From contig JAFLSV010000009.1 in assembly GCA_022510785.1 (NCBI GenBank), forward strand, positions 2,973 through 66,972: a stretch of 64,000 bases of DNA, given 5' to 3'. The number at the start of each line of letters is the position of its first letter. The first letter of the stretch is position 1. Under the pieces are notes generated by a model. It saw only the letters and a program-made list of their open reading frames with translations, was not told the origin of the DNA and made no database searches. Shown one piece after another: positions 31,150 to 41,065 of the stretch. A program made the translations under genes and the position numbers. Source of the stretch: Desulfovibrionaceae bacterium. GTDB lineage: Bacteria > Desulfobacterota > Desulfovibrionia > Desulfovibrionales > Desulfovibrionaceae.

Positions 31150-31329
31150 ATGTCTGAAATCACAGTGAAGCTCATTCACAGCCGCATCGGCTGCACCCCC
31201 TACCAGAAAAAGGTTCTGGCGGCCCTGGGCCTGCGGCGGCGCGAGATGGTCAAAACCTTCCAGGATAACGCCGCGGTGCGCGGCATGATCGCCAGGGTTT
31301 CCCACCTGGTTGAGGTCAGCAAATCATGA
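31150..31329 (+). CDS. rpmD: 50S ribosomal protein L30 (absent from the supplied ORF track)
   Basis: Manual translation [38 protein letters not shown] (59 aa) between rpsE and rplO. Confidence 0.97.
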   Translation: MSEITVKLIHSRIGCTPYQKKVLAALGLRRREMVKTFQDNAAVRGMIARVSHLVEVSKS

Positions 31330-31838
31330 GACTGAACGACCTGTACCCCTTTCCGGAAGAACGCAAGACCCGCAAGCGCGTTGGACGCGGCGCGGGCTCC
31401 GGCCTTGGCGGCACGGCGGGCAAAGGCCACAAGGGGCAGAACGCCCGGGCCGGCGGCGGTGTGCGCCCCGGTTTTGAAGGCGGACAGATGCCCCTGCAGC
31501 GCCGTCTTCCCAAACGCGGCTTCAAGAATTTTCTGTTCAAGGTGACCTACGCGGTGGTCAACCTGGATCGCCTTCAGGCGGCCTTTGGCGACAAGAAGGA
31601 AATCACCCTTGAGGATATCTATGATCGCGGGCTGTGCCGTTTCGGCGCGCCGGTGAAAATTCTCGGCGGCGGTGAGCTGAAGGCCGCGCTGACGGTGGAG
31701 GCCCATCGTTTCAGCAGCGCGGCTGCGGACAAAATCCGCAAGGCCGGCGGCGAGGTCAGGGAACTGTGCGCCGACGTGCTGTGCGACGGCGCCTGCGGCG
31801 AGGCTGAGGAAGCGGAACCTTCAAGCTCCGGGGAATAA
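31326..31838 (+). CDS. rplO: 50S ribosomal protein L15 with C-terminal extension
   Basis: [28 protein letters not shown]. Confidence 0.99.
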   Translation: MRLNDLYPFPEERKTRKRVGRGAGSGLGGTAGKGHKGQNARAGGGVRPGFEGGQMPLQRRLPKRGFKNFLFKVTYAVVNLDRLQAAFGDKKEITLEDIYDRGLCRFGAPVKILGGGELKAALTVEAHRFSSAAADKIRKAGGEVRELCADVLCDGACGEAEEAEPSSSGE

Positions 31839-31841
31839 GGC

Positions 31842-33158
31842 GTGGCTGGAAGCGGAGTGAACCAACTGGCCCAGGCGCCCGAACTGCGCACCAAGCTGCT
31901 GTGGACCCTGATGCTCCTGTGTGCCTACAGGGTCGGGGTTCATGTGCCTGTTCCCGGCATTGATGCCGCGGCGCTCAAGGGCTTTTTCGACAGCCTCCAG
32001 GGCTCGGTGTTCGACCTTCTGAACATGTTTTCTGGGGGGGGGCTCAGCAACGTTTCGGTGTTCGCCCTCGGAATCATGCCGTACATCTCCGCGTCCATCA
32101 TTCTGCAGCTTCTGCAGGTGGTGAGCCCGGATATCAAGCGGCTGGCCAAGGAGGAAGGGCAGGCCGGGCGGCGCAAGATCACCCAGTATACCCGGTATCT
32201 GACCGTGCTCATTACGCTTATCCAGGGCTTTGGCATAGCCGCGCTTCTGGAGGGCATGATGAGCCCCCTGAACAATGCGCCCATTGTTCAGCATCCCGGC
32301 TGGGAATTTCGCCTGGTGACCATCATCACCCTGACGGCGGGCACCATCCTGATTATGTGGCTGGGCGAGCAGATCACGGCCAAGGGTATTGGCAACGGCA
32401 TTTCGCTGATCATCTTTTCCGGCATTGTGGTGGGCATTCCGGGCGCCGTGGGGCGTTCGTTCCAGCTTATCCGCACCGGTGACACCAATATTCTGGTGGC
32501 CGCGCTTCTTCTGGTCATGATGCTGGCCGTGGTGGTGGGCATTGTGTTTGTGGAGCGGGCGCAGCGGCGCATCCCCATCCATTACGCCAAGCGCCAGGTG
32601 GGCCGCAAAATGTTTGGCGGGCAGACCACGCACCTGCCCCTGCGGCTGAATACCGCCGGGGTTATCCCGCCCATTTTCGCCCAGAGCCTTCTGCTCTTTC
32701 CGGCGACGGTGGCGGGCTTTTCCGAGGCGGCGTGGATTCAGCGCGTGGTGTCGTGGTTTCAGCCCACGAGCGTTCTGTACAATATCGTGTTTGTCGCCCT
32801 CATTTTCTTCTTCTGCTTTTTCTACACCTCGATCATTTTTGATCCGAAGGATATTGCGGAAAACCTGAAAAAGCAGGGCGGCTTCGTGCCCGGCATCCGC
32901 CCCGGCGAAAACACGCGCAAGTACATCAACGACGTGCTTGAGCGCCTGACCCTGTGGGGCGGCGTCTATATTTCCATCATTTCGGTGCTGCCCATGCTGC
33001 TCATTGCGCAGTTCAACGTGCCGTTCTATTTCGGCGGCACAAGCCTGCTGATTCTGGTCGGCGTGGCCATCGACTTCATGGGCCAGGTGGAATCGCTGCT
33101 GATTTCGCGTCAGTACGAAGGCCTTATGGGCAAGACGCGGATTCGGGGCAGGGCCTGA
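31842..33158 (+). CDS. secY: Preprotein translocase SecY
   Basis: SVFALGIMPYISASII, GIGNGISLII, NTAGVIPPIFA, FGGTSLLI. Confidence 0.99.
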   Translation: MAGSGVNQLAQAPELRTKLLWTLMLLCAYRVGVHVPVPGIDAAALKGFFDSLQGSVFDLLNMFSGGGLSNVSVFALGIMPYISASIILQLLQVVSPDIKRLAKEEGQAGRRKITQYTRYLTVLITLIQGFGIAALLEGMMSPLNNAPIVQHPGWEFRLVTIITLTAGTILIMWLGEQITAKGIGNGISLIIFSGIVVGIPGAVGRSFQLIRTGDTNILVAALLLVMMLAVVVGIVFVERAQRRIPIHYAKRQVGRKMFGGQTTHLPLRLNTAGVIPPIFAQSLLLFPATVAGFSEAAWIQRVVSWFQPTSVLYNIVFVALIFFFCFFYTSIIFDPKDIAENLKKQGGFVPGIRPGENTRKYINDVLERLTLWGGVYISIISVLPMLLIAQFNVPFYFGGTSLLILVGVAIDFMGQVESLLISRQYEGLMGKTRIRGRA

Positions 33159-33160
33159 TC

Positions 33161-33940
33161 ATGAAGAAGTTTCGCGGCGTGTTCATCAAGAATGAGCGGG
33201 AGATTGCCCTCCTGCGCAAGGCCAACGCCCTGACGGCCGCCATTCTGGATGAACTTGTCGCCCAGGTGCGCCCCGGCGTGCCCACCATGATGTTTGAGGA
33301 CATGGCCCAGGCCATGTGCCGGGACTTCGGGGTCAGGCCCAGCTTTCAGGGCTATGCGGGCTTTCCGTATGCCCTGTGCTGCTCGGTGAACGAAACCGTG
33401 GTGCACGGCTTTCCCTCCGCGGACTGCATCCTGAAGGAAGGCGACATCGTCAGCTTTGACATGGGTGTGGAGTACGAGGGCTTTCACGGCGATTCGGCGC
33501 GCACCGCCCTGGTGGGCGAGGTGTCGGACGCGGCGAAGCATCTTTCGCGCGTGACGGAGGAGTGTCTGCACCTCGGCATTGCCGCGGCCCGGCCCGGCAA
33601 CGACGTCTACGCCATTTCGGCGGCGGTGCAGCGCCATGCCGAGGCGGAAGGCCTGAAGATCATCCGGCGTTTTGTGGGGCATGGCGTGGGAGCGAAGCGG
33701 CATGAAAAGCCCGAAATTCCCAACTTTGTCCCGCAGGGTCTTGGCGAGGGCGTTCCGCTGAAGCCCGGCATGGTGCTGGCCATCGAGCCCATGCTGGCCA
33801 TCGGCACGGAAGAGGTGGTTATCCTGCCGGACGGGTGGACCGCGAACATGAAGGATCACAGCCTGGCCGCCCACTGGGAGCACAGCGTGCTCATCACCCA
33901 TGACGGGGCTGAAATTCTCAGCCTTGCCGGAAAAAGGTGA
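33161..33940 (+). CDS. map: Type I methionine aminopeptidase
   Basis: SVNETVVHGFP, GDIVSFD, GHGVG, AIEPM, AHWEHS. Confidence 0.98.
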   Translation: MKKFRGVFIKNEREIALLRKANALTAAILDELVAQVRPGVPTMMFEDMAQAMCRDFGVRPSFQGYAGFPYALCCSVNETVVHGFPSADCILKEGDIVSFDMGVEYEGFHGDSARTALVGEVSDAAKHLSRVTEECLHLGIAAARPGNDVYAISAAVQRHAEAEGLKIIRRFVGHGVGAKRHEKPEIPNFVPQGLGEGVPLKPGMVLAIEPMLAIGTEEVVILPDGWTANMKDHSLAAHWEHSVLITHDGAEILSLAGKR

Positions 33941-33975
33941 CGGCGGGCAGGCTCTGCCCTTGAAAGACGTGACTC

Positions 33976-34004
33976 TTGACAGGCAGAACATAACCCGATA
34001 AAAG
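33976..34004 (+). promoter_or_regulatory. Putative internal sigma70 promoter of rpmJ-alpha operon
   Basis: TTGACA-N17-TAAAAG in the map-rpmJ spacer. Confidence 0.55.
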
Positions 34005-34070
34005 ACTCGGTTCCGGCCAGCATCCGCCGGCCCGAATGTGCTGAAAGGAAAGAAACCCACGGAGTGAGCG

Positions 34071-34184
34071 ATGAAAGTCAGGCCGTCCGTCAAGAAAATC
34101 TGCCCCAAGTGCAAGGTTATCCGGCGCAAGGGCGTACTGAGAGTGATCTGCGAAAACCCCCGGCACAAGCAGCGCCAGGGCTAA
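34071..34184 (+). CDS. rpmJ: 50S ribosomal protein L36 (absent from the supplied ORF track)
   Basis: Manual translation [37 protein letters not shown]. Confidence 0.99.
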
Positions 34185-34202
34185 CCTTGCAGGAGTGTTA
34201 AC

Positions 34203-34571
34203 GTGGCCAGAATTGCAGGTATTGAATTGCCACGCGGCAAAAGGGCGGATATAGCGCTCACCTACATTTACGGCATCGGCCGGGCGACCGCCCTGCAAAT
34301 TCTTGACGCCACCGGCGTCAACTGGGCGCGCAGCATTGACGATCTCAATGCCGATGAGGTGAACGAAATCCGCAAGGAAATCGAAACGCATCACAAGGTG
34401 GAGGGCGACCTGCGCCGCGAGGTGAGCTCCAATATCAAGCGTCTCATGGATATTGGCTGCTATCGCGGCTTGCGGCATCGGCGCGGTTTGCCGGTTCACG
34501 GCCAGCGCACGCACACCAATGCCCGCACCCGCAAGGGGCCGCGCCGCGGCGCCGTGGGCAAAAAGAAGTAG
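34203..34571 (+). CDS. rpsM: 30S ribosomal protein S13
   Basis: [27 protein letters not shown]. Confidence 0.99.
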   Translation: MARIAGIELPRGKRADIALTYIYGIGRATALQILDATGVNWARSIDDLNADEVNEIRKEIETHHKVEGDLRREVSSNIKRLMDIGCYRGLRHRRGLPVHGQRTHTNARTRKGPRRGAVGKKK

Positions 34572-34711
34572 GGCCTGCGCGCCAGCCTGATGCGCCGGCC
34601 GTTACCGCGAAGAGGGTGACGGCAGCCTGATACGGACGGCGGCGGCACGGCGCGGCGGACGCCGCGCGTCTTCTTCAGCACCGCTAACTTCAGCAGCAAG
34701 GAACGTTCAGC

Positions 34712-35101
34712 ATGGCCAGAGCCAAACGAGCCTCAAAGAAAAAAGAAAAGAAAAACGTGCCTCTGGGTGTGGCTCATATCCAGGCTTCGTTTAACAATAC
34801 CATTGTCACCTTCACGGACACCCGCGGCAATACGGTCAGCTGGGCCAGCGCCGGGCAGAACGGGTTCAAGGGTTCGCGCAAGTCCACACCCTACGCGGCG
34901 CAGGTCACGGCGGAAGCCGCCGCGCGGCGCGCCCAGGAAAACGGCATGCGCACCGTGGGCATTTATGTCAAGGGCCCCGGCGCCGGGCGTGAATCGGCCA
35001 TGCGGGCCATCAGCTCCGCCGGTTTCAAGGTGGCCTTCATTCGTGATGTCACGCCCATTCCCCACAACGGCTGCCGTCCTCCCAAGCGGCGCCGCGTCTA
35101 A
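34712..35101 (+). CDS. rpsK: 30S ribosomal protein S11
   Basis: [33 protein letters not shown]. Confidence 0.99.
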   Translation: MARAKRASKKKEKKNVPLGVAHIQASFNNTIVTFTDTRGNTVSWASAGQNGFKGSRKSTPYAAQVTAEAAARRAQENGMRTVGIYVKGPGAGRESAMRAISSAGFKVAFIRDVTPIPHNGCRPPKRRRV

Positions 35102-35128
35102 CGTTCCGAAGGCAAGGAGGTTCCAGCC

Positions 35129-35755
35129 TTGGCAAAATATAACGACGCCAAATGCCGGCTCTGCCGTCGTGAAGGCACCAAATTGTTCCTGAAGGGCGAT
35201 CGCTGCTACACCGACAAGTGCGCGCAGGATCGCCGCCCCTACGCGCCAGGCCAGCATGGCCGCGCCCGCAAGAAGGTCAGCGACTATGCCCTGCAGCTGC
35301 GCGAAAAAATGAAGGTGCGCCGTATTTACGGCGTGCTGGAAAAGCAGTTTCACGGCTACTTTGTGTCGGCCGACATGGCCAAGGGCGTGACCGGCGCCAA
35401 CCTGCTCGCCGCCCTTGAGCGCCGCCTGGACAATGTGATCTATCGCATGGGCTTTGCCAACTCGCGCAGTCAGGCCCGGCAGATGGTGCGCCACGGCATT
35501 TTTACCCTCAATGGCCGCAAGGTGAACATTCCGTCCCTGCAGGTTCGCGTGGGTGACGAAATTTCCGTGCCGGAAAAAAGCCGCAAAATTCCCGTTCTGG
35601 CCCAGGCCCAGGAAGTGATTGCGCGGCGCGGCTGCCCCGCCTGGATGGAAGTGGACGGCGCCGCCTTCAGGGGCGTGATCAAGGCCTTGCCGCAGCGCGA
35701 CGATATTCAGACTCCCATCAACGAATCCCTTATCGTCGAGCTTTACTCCAAATAA
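35129..35755 (+). CDS. rpsD: 30S ribosomal protein S4
   Basis: [28 protein letters not shown]; TTG start. Confidence 0.99.
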   Translation: MAKYNDAKCRLCRREGTKLFLKGDRCYTDKCAQDRRPYAPGQHGRARKKVSDYALQLREKMKVRRIYGVLEKQFHGYFVSADMAKGVTGANLLAALERRLDNVIYRMGFANSRSQARQMVRHGIFTLNGRKVNIPSLQVRVGDEISVPEKSRKIPVLAQAQEVIARRGCPAWMEVDGAAFRGVIKALPQRDDIQTPINESLIVELYSK

Positions 35756-35767
35756 GCAGGAGTGCCC

Positions 35768-36811
35768 ATGCTCAGCAAACAAGCCAACAGGCTTATCAAC
35801 GCCCGCAACTGGTCGGTGCTGGTCAAGCCCGAACAGATCGTCCGCGACAACGACCCTGCCGATCAGATGTACGGCAAGTTCGTGTGCGAGCCTCTGGAAC
35901 GCGGCTACGGCACCACCATCGGCAACGCGTTGCGCCGTGTGCTTTTGGCCTCGCTTCAGGGCGCGGCCTTTGTCGCCGTCAAGATTGCCGGCGTCCAGCA
36001 CGAGTTCACCACCATTCCGGGCGTGCTCGAAGATGTGACGGACATCATTCTGAACCTCAAGCAGGTTCGCCTGTCCATGGATTGCGACACGCCCCAGACC
36101 CTTGTCCTTGACGTTCGCAGCAAGGGCAGGGTGACCGCGGGCCAGATTCAGGGCAACCAGCATGTGGAAGTGCTCAATCCCGACCTGCACATCGCCACCC
36201 TGACCGAGGATGTGGAGTTCCAGCTTGAGCTGGAAGCGCGCATGGGCAAGGGCTATGTGCCCGCCGACATGCACGAGGGCCTGTCGGACGAAATCGGGCT
36301 TATCAAGCTGGATTCCAGCTTCTCGCCCGTGCGCAAGGTGGCCTATGCGGTGGAACAGGCCCGCGTGGGCCAGATGACCAACTATGACAAGCTCATTCTG
36401 GAAGTCTGGACGGACGGATCGGTGTCGCCGGAAGACGCCGTGGCGTACAGCGCCAAAATTATTAAGGATCAGATTTCGGTCTTCATCAATTTTGATGAAC
36501 ACATCTCGGATGAGGGCGGCCTGTGCTCCACCGACAGCGGCGAATTCAACGAAAATCTTTTCAAGAGCATTGATGATCTGGAATTGTCCGTGCGCGCCAC
36601 CAACTGCCTGCGCGGCGCCAACATCGCGCTGGTGGGCGAACTGGTGCAGCGCTCGGAAAACGAAATGCTCAAGACCAAGAATTTCGGCAAGAAATCGCTG
36701 GATGAAATCAAGAACGTGCTTGTGGACATGGGGCTTGATTTCGGCATGAAGGTCGATTCCTTCGACAAAAAATATCAGGAATGGAAGAGGAAGCAGCACC
36801 ATGAGGCATAA
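35768..36811 (+). CDS. rpoA: RNA polymerase alpha subunit
   Basis: [35 protein letters not shown]. Confidence 0.99.
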   Translation: MLSKQANRLINARNWSVLVKPEQIVRDNDPADQMYGKFVCEPLERGYGTTIGNALRRVLLASLQGAAFVAVKIAGVQHEFTTIPGVLEDVTDIILNLKQVRLSMDCDTPQTLVLDVRSKGRVTAGQIQGNQHVEVLNPDLHIATLTEDVEFQLELEARMGKGYVPADMHEGLSDEIGLIKLDSSFSPVRKVAYAVEQARVGQMTNYDKLILEVWTDGSVSPEDAVAYSAKIIKDQISVFINFDEHISDEGGLCSTDSGEFNENLFKSIDDLELSVRATNCLRGANIALVGELVQRSENEMLKTKNFGKKSLDEIKNVLVDMGLDFGMKVDSFDKKYQEWKRKQHHEA

Positions 36812-37199
36812 TAATTCCGGCAGAAAACTGGGCAGGAATCCTTCCCATCGCAAGGCCCTGTTCCGCAACATGGCCAAGGCCCTGCTGACCCACGGCAGCA
36901 TCCATACCACCGAGGCCAAGGCCAAGGAATTGCGCGGCGTGGTGGAACCTTTGATCACCCTGTCCCGCCGGAACGACGTGCACGCCCGCCGGCAGGCCTA
37001 TCGGGTGCTGGGCAATCACCAGCTGGTGCAGAAGCTGTTTGACGAAATCGGCCCCCGCTTCGCCGGTATTCCGGGCGGGTATACCCGCGTGACCAAGCTG
37101 GCGCTTCGCCGTCCGGGCGACTCGGCTCCCATGGCGCGCATTGAACTGACCCGGCGCGAGGACGCCGCCGCTCCCGGCGCCGAAGCCGCCAAGGCCTGA
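36801..37199 (+). CDS. rplQ: 50S ribosomal protein L17
   Basis: [27 protein letters not shown]. Confidence 0.99.
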   Translation: MRHNNSGRKLGRNPSHRKALFRNMAKALLTHGSIHTTEAKAKELRGVVEPLITLSRRNDVHARRQAYRVLGNHQLVQKLFDEIGPRFAGIPGGYTRVTKLALRRPGDSAPMARIELTRREDAAAPGAEAAKA

Positions 37200-37239
37200 G
37201 CTGTCTGATTCTCTCCCGCCCCCTCCCGGGGGGCGGGTC

Positions 37240-37277
37240 AAAGCCCCATCAGCGCGGAGTCCTGGCGGGGCTTTTTT
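37240..37277 (+). terminator. Intrinsic terminator after rplQ
   Basis: AAAGCCCC...GGGGCTTT stem followed by a T6 run; a second GC hairpin lies at 37215-37237. Confidence 0.7.
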
Positions 37278-37626
37278 CTGCCTCTCCGCCATGAGGCCCA
37301 TTGTGAGCCCGGGCCTGTCGGACTTTTTTGCCGCGTGTCCGGCCGCGGGCTCGTGTGAGAGCATGTTCCGCTGCGCCAAAGCGCGTGCGGCGGCGCTCCT
37401 CTTTCGCGTTGCCGCCCCCCCGGTAAAAAATTTTTGATTTCTGGCACACAGGGAGCGGCGCCCCGCAATCCGCCCCCTTCCGGCGCGCGGTCTGCGAAAA
37501 AAACACGGCAATTCCGCGATGCTGCGCCGGCCACGCGGCACCGTCCCCGGGCCGCGGCACACCGCTCCCGGCCCGGAATTCGGTGCAAGGAATGTGTGTC
37601 CCCCTCAAATTTTTTTTCAAAATTTT

Positions 37627-37667
37627 CGTCAAAGAAACTTGACGCTGCCCCGGAACGGGGTTAGAAA
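37627..37667 (+). promoter_or_regulatory. Porin promoter with overlapping palindrome
   Basis: TTGACG(37639)-N17-TAGAAA; CGTCAA-N6-TTGACG covers the -35; A/T tracts upstream. Confidence 0.55.
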
Positions 37668-37792
37668 AAAACCGTGTGGCATGGCTTCGCATGGGCGAGG
37701 CGCGGCGGGTGAGGTTCCGCCCCGGCATCTTCCGGCACACCGGCCCCCACGGGGCCCGAGTTAACATTCCTCTTAAGGAAGGATGAGGTATC

Positions 37793-39256
37793 ATGAAAAA
37801 GCTCGTTACCCTTCTCCTGGCCGCCGGCCTGGTGCTGAGCGCCGCCAACGGCGCCTCCGCCGTGGAAGCCAAAGCCTATGGCCTGTGGCAGCACAGCTTC
37901 AACTGGGGCGGCAACATCATCTCCCCGTTCAAGGCCACCAAGGACTCTGGAGACTACCAGAAGCACTTTGACGCCATCCAGCGCATGCGCCTGGGCGTGA
38001 ATTTCATCATGTCCGAAAATCTGAGCGCCACCTATGACGTCCAGATTGGTAACTTTACCTGGGGCGGCGCGCCGGCCGATTCGCTGAAACTCAAAGACGA
38101 TAAAATCAGCGGCGCCCTCACGGGCCAGGGCGGCAACAGCTCTGAAAACCTGGGCGGCCGTCTGGGCACCCGTTCGGCCAACATCACGACCCGTCTGGCC
38201 TATCTGGACTGGATTGTGCCCAACACCTCCGTGAAGGTGCGCATGGGCCAGCAGCTGGTGGCTCTGCCCTCCTACACCTTCGGCTCCCCCGTGCTGGGTG
38301 GCGGCGGCGCTACGGCCACCGGTATTGTGGTGTCCGCTCCCATCACCGACAACATCGGCCTGACCACCATGTGGCTGCGCGCCGACTCCGGCTGGCGTCG
38401 CGCCAATGGCAGCGCCAAAACCACATGGCACTCCAGTGACAACACCGATATCGCCAGCGTCATCGGCGACCTGAAGTTTGACGGCTTCCGCGTGCAGCCC
38501 TGGGTGACCCTGGGCTTCATCGGCAAACATTCCGGTTCGTACGCGCCCGCCGGGGACAACGGAAAGCTCGGCCTCACGGGCGGCACCACTAACGACATCG
38601 GTGACAATGCCACCGCCTGGTGGGCCGGCGTCAGCGGCGAGCTGAGCATGTTCGATCCCTTCCGCCTGACCGCGGACTTCATCTACAATGCCGTGAACGG
38701 CCCGGACGACAAGGCTGACAAGGTTTCCGCCTGGTACGCCGCCCTGGGCGCGGAATACAAGACCGCCTACGGCACCCCGGCCCTGAAGGGCTGGTACGCC
38801 TCCGGCGACAGCAGCGATCACGCCAACAAGGACAAGAGGGGAGGCAACCTCCGTGAACTGTCCGGCGCCTTTGACGCCACCAATACCTACTTTGACGGCG
38901 GCTTCCCGCTGAGCATGTTCTTTGACAACTGCAGCCCCGCGGGTACCTGGGGCATCAGCGCGCAGTGGAATGGCCTTTCCTTTGTGGACAATCTGAACCA
39001 TTCCTTCAGTGTGACCTATGTGAAGGGCACCAACAATACGGAAAACGAGTCTGACCCCAGGAAGGCCTATCTGACCACCAAGGATGCCTTTGTGGAACTG
39101 GATATGACCCATCAGTACAACATCTACCAGAACCTGGCCGCCATCCTCCAGGTTGGCTACATTATCGAAGATTTCGATACGGCTCTGCCCGGCAGGGAAG
39201 GCATCAAGTACGACAACGCCTGGCGCGCCACTGTGGCCTTCCGCTACAGCTTCTAA
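37793..39256 (+). CDS. Desulfovibrio-type outer-membrane (homotrimeric) porin
   Basis: Sec signal peptide MKKLVTLLLAAGLVLSAANGASA, alternating beta-strand pattern, AYLDWIVPNT..VRMGQQ, C-terminal VAFRYSF (BAM signal). Confidence 0.88.
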   Translation: MKKLVTLLLAAGLVLSAANGASAVEAKAYGLWQHSFNWGGNIISPFKATKDSGDYQKHFDAIQRMRLGVNFIMSENLSATYDVQIGNFTWGGAPADSLKLKDDKISGALTGQGGNSSENLGGRLGTRSANITTRLAYLDWIVPNTSVKVRMGQQLVALPSYTFGSPVLGGGGATATGIVVSAPITDNIGLTTMWLRADSGWRRANGSAKTTWHSSDNTDIASVIGDLKFDGFRVQPWVTLGFIGKHSGSYAPAGDNGKLGLTGGTTNDIGDNATAWWAGVSGELSMFDPFRLTADFIYNAVNGPDDKADKVSAWYAALGAEYKTAYGTPALKGWYASGDSSDHANKDKRGGNLRELSGAFDATNTYFDGGFPLSMFFDNCSPAGTWGISAQWNGLSFVDNLNHSFSVTYVKGTNNTENESDPRKAYLTTKDAFVELDMTHQYNIYQNLAAILQVGYIIEDFDTALPGREGIKYDNAWRATVAFRYSF

Positions 39257-39284
39257 TCCGCGTGGCGCTTGCGTGACACCATGG

Positions 39285-39315
39285 GGGGAGGAATCCGCGG
39301 GGGTTCCTCCCCTTT
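39285..39315 (+). terminator. Probable intrinsic terminator of the porin gene
   Basis: 12-bp stem GGGGAGGAATCC/GGGTTCCTCCCC, 4-nt loop, short T tail. Confidence 0.55.
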
Positions 39316-39628
39316 CTGCGCGTAAAAGTCCAGCCCGCGGGCTCCGCCGGAATGCCCTGCCTCTGGCCGGGAAAAAAAGATCCTGAACGATGCGGGGCGG
39401 GCCGCGGGCAAGGGCCGCTTGTTCCCTTTCCCGTGGTGGCGGCCCCTGGCGCAAGTCTCACGCCGGCACAATATCCGCGGCCTTCACGCGCCAAAGCCCG
39501 GACGTCATGGATGCCCAAGCCGGGCGGGCATGAGCAGCGGCTTTCGGAATCTGTCCCTTCAATTCCCGGCTTGACGCCGGGGCCTGACCGTGCGATCCCC
39601 GTCACGGAATCTTCATGGGGAGGTCTGT

Positions 39629-40948
39629 ATGGGGTTCTTTTCCGCCGTCAAAAAGTTGTTTGCGGGAGGCGCCGCGTCCAGCGGGCCGTCCGCCGCGCCC
39701 CCGGCCCCGGGCGGGCCGGACGGTATTCTGTCCCCCTCCGCCGCCGGCAGCGGCGAGGCCCTGACCCTGGCCCTGCGGCGGGCCGAACCCAGGCTTTCGG
39801 CCTGGCTGGCCGTGGTGCTGGACGGTGTGACCGAAGCGGATGATCTGCTCTGGCAGCGCCTGCATTTTCTGCTGGCCGCGCTGGAAACTCCGCCGGACGA
39901 GGCGCGCGCCTTTACGGACGATTTCCGCGCCTGGCTCGCGCGCATGGACTACCGCGTTCTGGATGACTTCCGCTCCGAACTCCAGTACCGCCTGGCTCTG
40001 GCCCTCGATCTGGAGGATGAGGAAGACGAGCGCGACCGCCTTTTCCTCAAGCTTCAAAGCGGCCTGTCCCGCACCAGGGCCCGCTTCGGCCAGGGGCTGG
40101 CCGCGCTTGTGGCCGGGCATGGCTCGCTGTCTGCCGGCTTCTGGGAAGAACTGGAAGAGCTGTTCATCATGGCCGACATGGGGGCGGAACCCGCCCTGGC
40201 TCTGGTGAAGCGCCTGCGGGAACGCGCCCGCGCGGCCGGGGTGAACAGTCCCGAAGGGCTCATGCCCCTTCTGGAAGACGAGCTTGAGGGCCTGTTCCGG
40301 GTTCCGCCGCGCATCACGGCGCACAATCCGCCCGAGGTGGTGCTCATGGTGGGGGTCAATGGCGCGGGCAAAACCACCACCATCGCCAAGCTGGCCTGCC
40401 GCGCCCGCATGCAGGGCAAAAAGGTGCTGGTCGCCGCGGCGGACACCTTCCGGGCCGCGGCCGTGGAACAGTTGCGGCTGTGGGCCGAACGGGCGGGCGC
40501 GGACTTTCACGCCAAGGGCGGCGGCGCCGATCCGGCGGCTGTGGCCTATGAGGCCATGGATAAGGCTCTGGCGGGCGGCTATGACATGGTTTTTGTGGAC
40601 ACGGCGGGCCGTCTGCACACCAAGACAAATCTCATGGACGAGCTGCGCAAAATCCGCCAGGTCATCGCCCGCAAGCACCCGGGCGCGCCGCACCGCACCA
40701 TTCTGGTCATCGACGCCACCACCGGTCAGAACGCGCTGCAACAAACCAGAATGTTTAAGGAAAGCAGCGGGGTGGATGAGGTGATCCTGACCAAGCTCGA
40801 CGGCACGGCCAAGGGCGGGGTAGCTCTGGCGGTGGCCGCCCAGTTCGGGCTGCCCATCAGCTTCATCGGCCTGGGGGAAAAAATGGAAGATCTGCGCCCC
40901 TTTAATCCCCGCGATTTCGCCCGCGCCCTGCTGGGCCGCGGGGCATAA
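39629..40948 (+). CDS. ftsY: Signal recognition particle receptor FtsY
   Basis: GVNGAGKTTT, DTFRAAA, DTAGR, DATTGQN, TKLDGTAKGG. Confidence 0.98.
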   Translation: MGFFSAVKKLFAGGAASSGPSAAPPAPGGPDGILSPSAAGSGEALTLALRRAEPRLSAWLAVVLDGVTEADDLLWQRLHFLLAALETPPDEARAFTDDFRAWLARMDYRVLDDFRSELQYRLALALDLEDEEDERDRLFLKLQSGLSRTRARFGQGLAALVAGHGSLSAGFWEELEELFIMADMGAEPALALVKRLRERARAAGVNSPEGLMPLLEDELEGLFRVPPRITAHNPPEVVLMVGVNGAGKTTTIAKLACRARMQGKKVLVAAADTFRAAAVEQLRLWAERAGADFHAKGGGADPAAVAYEAMDKALAGGYDMVFVDTAGRLHTKTNLMDELRKIRQVIARKHPGAPHRTILVIDATTGQNALQQTRMFKESSGVDEVILTKLDGTAKGGVALAVAAQFGLPISFIGLGEKMEDLRPFNPRDFARALLGRGA

Positions 40949-40992
40949 GCCGCCGCCCGGCCGCGGCGCGGCCTGATCCTCCTCCGTGGCTC

Positions 40993-41021
40993 TTGGCATT
41001 GCCGCGGCCTTCTGCTAATAT
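40993..41021 (+). promoter_or_regulatory. Putative sigma70 promoter of the DEAD-helicase operon
   Basis: TTGGCA-N17-TAATAT. Confidence 0.5.
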
Positions 41022-41065
41022 AAATTTTTTGACCACCTTGCTGTGCTTTTTTAAGGAAAACGTTC

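Noticed and set aside
33158-34071. adk and infA missing from the secY-map-rpmJ segment; str operon not adjacent to rpsJ
   Set aside because: Such rearrangements of the superoperon are common, and the genes probably lie elsewhere; this cannot be tested from the window.
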